This document shows, piece after piece, positions 57,579 to 64,000 of a stretch of DNA of 64,000 nt. The stretch's first letter is position 1, and every line of letters starts with the position of its first letter. Origin of the DNA: Bryobacteraceae bacterium. GTDB lineage: Bacteria > Acidobacteriota > Terriglobia > Bryobacterales > Bryobacteraceae. Under the pieces are notes generated by a model that was not told where the DNA came from, searched no databases, and saw only the letters and a program-made list of their open reading frames with translations. The stretch lies in contig CBDCNB010000003.1 in the NCBI GenBank assembly GCA_965219315.1, positions 1,894,463 to 1,958,462 of the forward strand, read 5' to 3'. A program made the translations under genes and the position numbers.

Positions 57579-58556
57579 CTAAGTGAGCGCGCCTGCTTCT
57601 TGGAGGCATTTTTTCATGCCGGCAAAGCTGACACGAGTGGAGGCTTCCGGGGTTCCCGCGCCGCGCCAATGGGTTTCCAGGCTGACAGCATAGTGATAGC
57701 CGTCTTGTTTCAATGCGCGGAACTGGCCGACCCAGTCGACGATGCCTTGACCGACAGGGGCCCATCCGAACTTGCCGTCGGCTTTGTGCACGGCGCTTTT
57801 GACGTGACAATGGCCGATACGGTCCTTCGGCAGCAGTGCATAGCCTTCGGGGTAAGGCTTCGGTTCACCGGCAGCGGCGGCGTTGCCGGGATCCCAATTC
57901 AACATGAAGTGCGGCGATTTTACAGCGGCTAATATTTTGGCGGCTTCCGGTCCGGTAGCCGTATTGCAAGCCATCTCGTTTTCCAAGATGAGCAGCAGTT
58001 TCTGTTTGCCGACTTTGTCGGCGGCGTGGCGGAGTACGGAGTCGATCTCGGCGCGGTAGGGGGCCTGGTCATCGAGACGCCAGTAGTCGAAGCAACGAAT
58101 GCGCTCGGTATCGAATGCTTTGGCGAGGCGGATGGAACGGTCGAGTACTTCATCCTGCTGGTCAAAGCCAAAGTGAGCTTTGAACTCATCGTGCTTGGGG
58201 CTGAAACGGGAGGGCGGGGCTCCTTTCCAATCGACTTTATAAAGAGGGCTGGCGATATCGGTGACGCGCAGGTTGTATTTGGCGATGGTGCGCTTGGCTT
58301 CGGCCAGCTCGTTGTCATCGAGCATGAGGATGTTCTTTTTGGAGAAGCTACGCAGCTCGATCCAGCCGAGGCCGAACTCGTTGGCAGCGACATGACAAGC
58401 ATGGTCGAGATCTTGCGAGATTTCGTCGTTGATGACGGCGATGCGGAACGGTGAGTTTCCGATGGCGGCGGCGAAAGACTGCCTAGCGGTGAGCAAGGAG
58501 GCAGCGATCGCTCCGCCCGAAGTGGCCATAAAATCCCGACGTGTTGATTGATCCAT
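57579..58556 (-). CDS. Tat-exported sugar phosphate isomerase/epimerase (xylose isomerase-like TIM barrel)
   Basis: Twin-arginine signal STRRDFMATSGGAIAASLL, followed by an AP-endonuclease-2/xylose-isomerase-like TIM barrel sequence. Confidence 0.8.
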   Translation of the reverse strand: MDQSTRRDFMATSGGAIAASLLTARQSFAAAIGNSPFRIAVINDEISQDLDHACHVAANEFGLGWIELRSFSKKNILMLDDNELAEAKRTIAKYNLRVTDIASPLYKVDWKGAPPSRFSPKHDEFKAHFGFDQQDEVLDRSIRLAKAFDTERIRCFDYWRLDDQAPYRAEIDSVLRHAADKVGKQKLLLILENEMACNTATGPEAAKILAAVKSPHFMLNWDPGNAAAAGEPKPYPEGYALLPKDRIGHCHVKSAVHKADGKFGWAPVGQGIVDWVGQFRALKQDGYHYAVSLETHWRGAGTPEASTRVSFAGMKKCLQEAGALT

Positions 58557-58587
58557 GATTTCCTTCTTTTCTAATTATCGCGCTTGC

Positions 58588-61500
58588 CTAGAATTCGAAT
58601 TTGATGCCGAGTTGCACGGTACGGGCGCCGCCCGCGCCGGTGACGTAGCCATAGTTGCTGCTGCTGTTGAGGTCGGTACCGGGATTGTTGAACTGCGGCG
58701 TGTTGGTGATGCCGAAGGTTTCGCCACGGAGTTGCAGGGTGTAGCGCTCTCTAAATTTGATGAGTTTGAAGAGTGAGGCATCCACGTTGAAGAAGCCGGG
58801 CCCCGAGAGGATGTTGCGTCCACTGTTGCCGAATACACCTGCCGCGGTCGGCGAGGTGAAACTGGACTGGCTAAACCAGGGATCGTTCGGCCCGACACCA
58901 TGCAGGATCTCCACGGGGGCGACTTGATTGGCGGTTTGCCTGTTGCCGGGAGTGTTCAGGGCATTACCGCTGGCGAAAAACGTCATCGGGGTGCCGGTCA
59001 TCACGGTGAGAATGCCGGTGACTCGCCATCCTCCGGCGATATTGCCGACGATCCCCGAGTTCAGCCATTTCTTGCCCGGCCCGAAGGGAAGATCGTAGAC
59101 GTAGCTTTGGACGAAGGTATGGGTGCGGTCGAAGTTGTTACGGGCGTAGTTGCGGCGTTGATTGATGTAAAAGAAGAGTCCGCCGTCGTCGCCGTCCTGG
59201 TATCCCATACCTTTGCCGTAGGTGTAAGCGGTAGTGATATTGAAATCGGAGAAGCGGCGATCGAACTTGACTTGGAGGGAGTTGTACATGTTCGAGTACG
59301 GCGCAAAGAGAAGGCTGACATCGGCGGTACGTTTGTTGAAACGATAGAGTGGGCGACCGGCGTTTCCGGCACCAGGGATGAGGCCGGCATTGAGATTGTA
59401 GTTGACCACCGAATCGACCCCATGGTTGGCGACGTAGGCGGCAGTCAGCACAAGCTTCCAGGGAAGCGCTTGTTGAACGGCGATATTCCAGGACTCGACG
59501 TAAGGGTTTTTGAAGTCATGGGAAACCGTGTTGTAGGACTGATTGATGGGCGCGTCGGTGATGATTCCGTTGGCGGGAACTGCGGGAAGAATGGGTGCGG
59601 GGAAGCCGTTGGCGAAGGTAGCGATTTGGCCGGAGGGAAGCAGCGCGGGACCGTAGGTGGCAACAGACGGCTGAAAGACATTATTGGCGCGAACCGGGTA
59701 GTTATAGGCGTAGTTGTTATCGGGAAAGGGCGTGTAGCTGATACCGAAGCCGGCGCGAATCACTGTTTTTTCCGAGAGGCGATAGGCAAGTCCAAAACGC
59801 GGCGCGAAGTATTTGTAGCGGGTGATCAAGCCGAGATCCTTGGGGTTAGTGCCGACGCCGGCGATGACCAAGCTGTTGTTGTCGGGATTGTAGTTAGAGA
59901 AGCCGCCGGAGAACTGCGGGGTAGCGGGCGGATAGAACTCCCAGCGCAGGCCGAGATCCATGGTGAGCTTGGGCGTGACTGTCCACTTATCCTGCGCAAA
60001 GGCGAAGAGCTGCCAGGCGCGGTAGGACGGGAAGTAGGTAGCGAGATCGCGACCGGCTTGGTTGGGAACGTCGAGCAGGAAGGCAGCGAAATTATTGTAG
60101 TAGCTGGTGGGAGAAGTGCTATTGCCGAGTTTTAAAGCGGTTTGGCCGTTGCTGAACGAATAAAGGCCGCGCGGACTGAAACTTTGGCCTTGCAGCAGGT
60201 TGTCGCGTATGCGGCGGAGATCGCCGCCGAATTTAATGGTGTGATTGCCGATTACCTTGGTCCAGATATTGGCCACGTCGATATTAGTTTCGGCGCGTAT
60301 CCAGGGCATGGAGGCCGAGTAGCCGAGTATCGGGCTGGAAAAGAAGGACCCGATATCGACGCCAACAAAACCACTGGTGAACTGGCTGATGTTGACGCCG
60401 GGGATGCCGAGAGCGGCGGTGTCGTTTTGACCGTAATCGGCGGGTTGCGTCTCGTTGCGATAGTAAGCAACACCGGCGCGTACTTCGGTGACCAGCGTGG
60501 GCGAGAAGATGTGATCGTAGTTGATACCGGCGCTATAGGTCCGCTGGATGCCGGTGCCCTGAAAAGCACCTTGCGCCGGGCCACCCGCGCTGCCGAAGAC
60601 AGGAGCTTGGAAGACTTTGGGGCGCTGGTAGCTGAGCCGCGCGCTGATGCGGTCCTTCTGGTTGGGTACGTAATCGCCTTTGACGTCGTAGGAGGTGGAA
60701 TCGTTGCTGAAGGGTAGGAGCGCGAAATAATTGTTGACACCGCTGGTGCTGGGATTGTTCGGCGCGGGGAGAAACGAGAGCAGTTTTGCGGAAAGCGGGT
60801 TGATCAGATTCGCTGGAATCTTGTTGCCCACAAATTGCTGACGTCCGGTGCCATCGGGATTTCCGGTAAAAGGATTGTAGATTCTGGTGGTAGAGGCGCT
60901 GAGATCGCCTGAGATCTGTTGACGCGTGGGGATGGTAAGGAGGTTCGTATTCGCCTCATGATCGGTGACACGGAGGATATCGCCAAAGTAGAACAGCTTG
61001 TTCTTGATGATGGGACCGCCCACGTTGCCGCCGAAGTAGTTGTAGACGAGATGACCTACCGATGGATTGAAGAAGTTGCGGGCGTTGAATTCACTGTTCT
61101 GAAGAAATTCGTAGGCGGCGCCATGAATGCTGTTACCGCCGGATTTCAGGATAACGTTGGTGACGGCTCCACTGGCGCGACCGAGCTCGGCTTCGAAGTT
61201 GCTGGTGGTGACGTCGACGGTTTGAATGGCCTCGATGGGCGGGACGAGAATCTGGAGAAGGCCGGTACGCTCATTGTCGTCGATCCCCTCGATTTGATAG
61301 TTGTTGCCTTGGCGCAGTTGGCCGTTCACTTGCGTTTGCAGAGAGCTTTGCGCATTGAAGAATTTGGAATGAATAAATGAGGCGCGGGTGGTACCGGGGA
61401 CCAGGTTCAGCAGACCTTGGAAGTTGCGATTGGTACCGACCGGGAGATTGGCGGTTTGCTCAGTGGTGATGGTGGTAGAGATGTCGGCGCGGTCGGTTTG

Positions 61501-61881
61501 CAGCGGCGGCGGCGCGCCGGTGACTTGTACGGTTTCGCGGATGTCACCCGGTTGTAATTGCACATCGACGCGGGCGCTGGAGTTGACCGTGGCGGAGATA
61601 TTCTGACGAATTTCTTTCTTAAATCCGGACGCTTCGACACTGACCGAGTAAGTACCTGGACTTGTATTAGGGAAGGTGAAGTTACCACTGCCATTGGTTT
61701 GGACGGAGCGGCTGACGCCGGTGCTTTCTTCCGTGCCAGTGACTTTGGCGTCGGCGACAACGGCCCCGGAGGAATCGGTCACCGTGCCGAGAATGGTGGA
61801 GGAGACGGCTTGCGCATAAGCGCTCACGTGCGAGAGAACGACAAGCGCATACACGGCGCAGGCCAGACGAAGGCTTTTCAT
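58588..61881 (-). CDS. TonB-dependent receptor with N-terminal carboxypeptidase-regulatory-like domain
   Basis: Signal peptide, CarboxypepD_reg domain (GTVTDSSGAVVADAKV...GTYSVSVEASGF), a long beta-barrel body, and a terminal ...GIKFEF. Confidence 0.85.
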   Translation of the reverse strand: MKSLRLACAVYALVVLSHVSAYAQAVSSTILGTVTDSSGAVVADAKVTGTEESTGVSRSVQTNGSGNFTFPNTSPGTYSVSVEASGFKKEIRQNISATVNSSARVDVQLQPGDIRETVQVTGAPPPLQTDRADISTTITTEQTANLPVGTNRNFQGLLNLVPGTTRASFIHSKFFNAQSSLQTQVNGQLRQGNNYQIEGIDDNERTGLLQILVPPIEAIQTVDVTTSNFEAELGRASGAVTNVILKSGGNSIHGAAYEFLQNSEFNARNFFNPSVGHLVYNYFGGNVGGPIIKNKLFYFGDILRVTDHEANTNLLTIPTRQQISGDLSASTTRIYNPFTGNPDGTGRQQFVGNKIPANLINPLSAKLLSFLPAPNNPSTSGVNNYFALLPFSNDSTSYDVKGDYVPNQKDRISARLSYQRPKVFQAPVFGSAGGPAQGAFQGTGIQRTYSAGINYDHIFSPTLVTEVRAGVAYYRNETQPADYGQNDTAALGIPGVNISQFTSGFVGVDIGSFFSSPILGYSASMPWIRAETNIDVANIWTKVIGNHTIKFGGDLRRIRDNLLQGQSFSPRGLYSFSNGQTALKLGNSTSPTSYYNNFAAFLLDVPNQAGRDLATYFPSYRAWQLFAFAQDKWTVTPKLTMDLGLRWEFYPPATPQFSGGFSNYNPDNNSLVIAGVGTNPKDLGLITRYKYFAPRFGLAYRLSEKTVIRAGFGISYTPFPDNNYAYNYPVRANNVFQPSVATYGPALLPSGQIATFANGFPAPILPAVPANGIITDAPINQSYNTVSHDFKNPYVESWNIAVQQALPWKLVLTAAYVANHGVDSVVNYNLNAGLIPGAGNAGRPLYRFNKRTADVSLLFAPYSNMYNSLQVKFDRRFSDFNITTAYTYGKGMGYQDGDDGGLFFYINQRRNYARNNFDRTHTFVQSYVYDLPFGPGKKWLNSGIVGNIAGGWRVTGILTVMTGTPMTFFASGNALNTPGNRQTANQVAPVEILHGVGPNDPWFSQSSFTSPTAAGVFGNSGRNILSGPGFFNVDASLFKLIKFRERYTLQLRGETFGITNTPQFNNPGTDLNSSSNYGYVTGAGGARTVQLGIKFEF

Positions 61882-61971
61882 AGAGACTCCCAAGAGATCC
61901 GGGCAAAAACGTTACCCAGAGCAAGTTCGATTTGAGAGAAACTATATCACAAATCTATTACTAAAAAAGCA

Positions 61972-62415
61972 TCAGGAGTTTCGGTGGCCCATGGCCAGTA
62001 CGAAATACTGCGCGGGTGAGGCGCCGGTATTTTTGAGGCCGTGCAGATCGTTGGAGTGGACGAAGACGACCGAGCCTGGACCGGCGGTATGGGGTTGGTC
62101 GGAGATGGTGAATTCCAAGGTTCCTTTTTGAATCAGCATGAGCTCTTCATGAACGTGGCGATGGGGCGGATGAGGCGATTCGCCAGGCATAAGAGTGGTG
62201 ATATGAAGGTCGATGGGAACACCTTCATGCGTTGTGCCGTCGAAGACTTGACGGGACTCGTTATGAGTTTTGGGGTTTGTTTTTACAGGCAGCGCGTCGA
62301 AGTTGTAACAGTGCGAGGGCAGCATGTTGCCTTCGGTCGCGGCTGAGGCGTTGGTTTGGGCGGCGGCGAGCAGAGCGGGGAGGAGCAGGCTGAGGTCGCG
62401 ACGGGAATAATTCAT
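61972..62415 (-). CDS. secreted cupin domain protein
   Basis: Signal peptide (RRDLSLLLPALLAAAQ). Cupin motifs PHRHVHEE...G and VFVHSNDLHGLKN. Confidence 0.75.
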   Translation of the reverse strand: MNYSRRDLSLLLPALLAAAQTNASAATEGNMLPSHCYNFDALPVKTNPKTHNESRQVFDGTTHEGVPIDLHITTLMPGESPHPPHRHVHEELMLIQKGTLEFTISDQPHTAGPGSVVFVHSNDLHGLKNTGASPAQYFVLAMGHRNS

Positions 62416-62663
62416 TGAGTGGGTCTCCTGGTTAGCTAGGATAGCGCGGGGTGCGGGAGCGAGCCGAGTTGTAAGCATAAGGACCGGCGACGCCGCCGAT
62501 AAGCCGGTCACAGAAGTTCTGGAATTTGTCGAAAGTCCTTTAAGTCGTTCTTTTTTAGTAGATTAAGTCGCTCTGCAGAAGCCGATAACTATCGAGCTCA
62601 ATTTCGTCTGTTCGGGAAGTCGCGGTAGTTTGAGCCAGAACGCTTCCGTTCTAACAAACGCGC

Positions 62664-64000
62664 ATGAGCACCGAGCAGATTACTAAATTTCAGCCTGATC
62701 GCACACTTTCGTTACGCGGATTCACCGGTTTTGGAGCGGCGGCTTCGCTCTGCGAGACAAGCCCGACCGGGTTCAAAGTCCATGGAGTGTTCCGCGATCA
62801 GGCTGATTTTTGCGTGCTGATCGTGTATGACGCGGACAACGTCTACGAGCATTATTCGCTGAAGTATTTACCTGACTTCGATCTTTCGGGGATGGTGCTG
62901 AACTTCAGCCTGACCACGCAGAAGCTACAGCCGATCGACTCGGCGAAATATAGTTGGATCGATTGGGCGCAGATGGACGTGGTGAAGAGCAGTGGCGAGC
63001 CGGCGCGGATACGGCTTTGGGATTACGCCACCCTTCGTGATGGTTCGTATTCGGTGGCGCAAGGAAGCTATACGTTCGCGGCGCCAGGCGGGTGCGGTGC
63101 GGGGGACCGGCTCACGCTGTTCGTCAATAATGTCAGCTTTACCTTCGAAGCCCATGGCGGCGAAACGGCGGATGACGTGGCGCGGTACTTGGCAAGCCGC
63201 ATTAACAGCTACGACTGGGCTTCGTTCGTCGATACAAGCGTTGCGGTGATGGCGTCGACGGAGGCCGGCGGGCGCTTGACATTGAAAAATGCGCGGTCGG
63301 GCAGAGTCAATGTCGAGGGCAGGTCCATTTCCTGGCAGAGCGGGACGAAGTTTGCGGGCATTGCGGCGGGTTCGGCACTTTATCTCGATGGAGCGGCTTA
63401 CGTCGTGAGCTCAGTAGAGAGCCCGAGGAGTCTTTCCTTGACGGGGGCGGCTCCATCGGGGCAGGGAGTTACCTATCTGGCGGAGTATGGCGGGCTGGAT
63501 GGTAACGATGTTCAGGTTTACATGCTGGGCGGAGGGACGAACCAGAGGCTCAGCGTAGACCGTTCGGTGGTGCAGTTTTCAGGCGGTAATTCGGATGACG
63601 TGACGTGGCATATTTCGCTCGACTTTACGGCATTGGGAATCGATGATATCCGGCAGGCGTGGCTTACGTTCGCTCCGCAGCTCGCCCCGGGGGCGGCGTA
63701 CAACGATAGCGAGTGGACGGCGAATTTCACGAACTGGTCGCTAGTGGACCCGAAGGGCGTGGGCAAGCTACAGTGCGCGGGCCCGGGAAGTATGCGGGTG
63801 GGGAACTCCGACGGGGCATGCACGTACTCCGGCGCGGGATGGTCGATGGTGGCGGCCAACAATTACTGGCGTGGCTTCGGGTACAAAACGGGTAGTACCG
63901 GCGATAGCGTGACGGTGACGTATCGCTGTGCCGGTGCGCATGACTTATATCTTGGAACATCGCTTTTCAAAGACCGGGGTACGGTGAGCGTGACGTTGGA
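62664..64000 (+). CDS. large hypothetical protein, 3'-truncated by window end (not in ORF track)
   Basis: Hand translation from ATG 62664 (in-frame TAA at 62652-62654) gives more than 445 codons with no stop up to position 64000. MSTEQITKFQPDRTLSLRGF... No signal peptide and no family recognised. Confidence 0.6.
   Translation, partial: MSTEQITKFQPDRTLSLRGFTGFGAAASLCETSPTGFKVHGVFRDQADFCVLIVYDADNVYEHYSLKYLPDFDLSGMVLNFSLTTQKLQPIDSAKYSWIDWAQMDVVKSSGEPARIRLWDYATLRDGSYSVAQGSYTFAAPGGCGAGDRLTLFVNNVSFTFEAHGGETADDVARYLASRINSYDWASFVDTSVAVMASTEAGGRLTLKNARSGRVNVEGRSISWQSGTKFAGIAAGSALYLDGAAYVVSSVESPRSLSLTGAAPSGQGVTYLAEYGGLDGNDVQVYMLGGGTNQRLSVDRSVVQFSGGNSDDVTWHISLDFTALGIDDIRQAWLTFAPQLAPGAAYNDSEWTANFTNWSLVDPKGVGKLQCAGPGSMRVGNSDGACTYSGAGWSMVAANNYWRGFGYKTGSTGDSVTVTYRCAGAHDLYLGTSLFKDRGTVSVTL

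Noticed and set aside
58900-60135. 411-aa plus-strand ORF antisense to the TonB-dependent receptor
   Set aside because: It has G/V/A/D/R-rich low-complexity composition typical of open antisense frames in GC-rich genes, and no start context. The receptor frame has clear family features.

Overview
This is a gene-dense chromosomal window of about 60 CDS, with GC in the high 50s percent judged by eye. I saw no rRNA, tRNA, CRISPR array, transposase or integrase. The gene content suggests an Acidobacteriota-like soil bacterium, but that is inference only. It rests on a TonB-dependent receptor and a secreted protein built from carboxypeptidase-regulatory-like domains, an M61 peptidase, a Tat-signal xylose-isomerase-like protein, and an OdhA/Kgd-type fused 2-oxoglutarate dehydrogenase.

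Housekeeping genes dominate: murB, a small transaldolase/fsa, sua5-type tsaC, prfB with its +1 frameshift, fused sucA, mutS, anmK, gdh, ppa, pheST and purA. Between them sit accessory modules:
- an Mla/Mce ABC pair
- a VapBC toxin-antitoxin pair
- a coupled otsA-otsB-treS/pep2 trehalose operon
- a GH35-like hydrolase next to a GT2 + GT-C (ArnC/ArnT-like) pair
- a PhyH dioxygenase-Na+/solute symporter-mini membrane protein operon
- a TetR-headed three-component cytochrome P450 operon with two SDRs and a putative hydrophobic-substrate outer-membrane channel
- a cupin-TonB receptor-periplasmic isomerase module

I cannot point to a single clearly novel multi-gene system. The best candidates for follow-up are:
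1. An AT-rich islet (2746-3600) encoding a Tat-signal mini-protein translationally coupled to a tiny polytopic membrane protein.
2. An unknown 153-aa protein and an ankyrin protein packed directly in front of pheST.
3. A 3 x 44-bp tandem hairpin array filling the gap next to a zinc-ribbon DnaC-like ATPase and a conserved hypothetical.
4. A 10-bp helical-phase tandem repeat that can pair with the lemA Shine-Dalgarno.
5. The P450 operon.
6. A large unrecognisable ORF running off the right edge and absent from the ORF track.

All functional calls come from motif recognition by eye. No database search was run.
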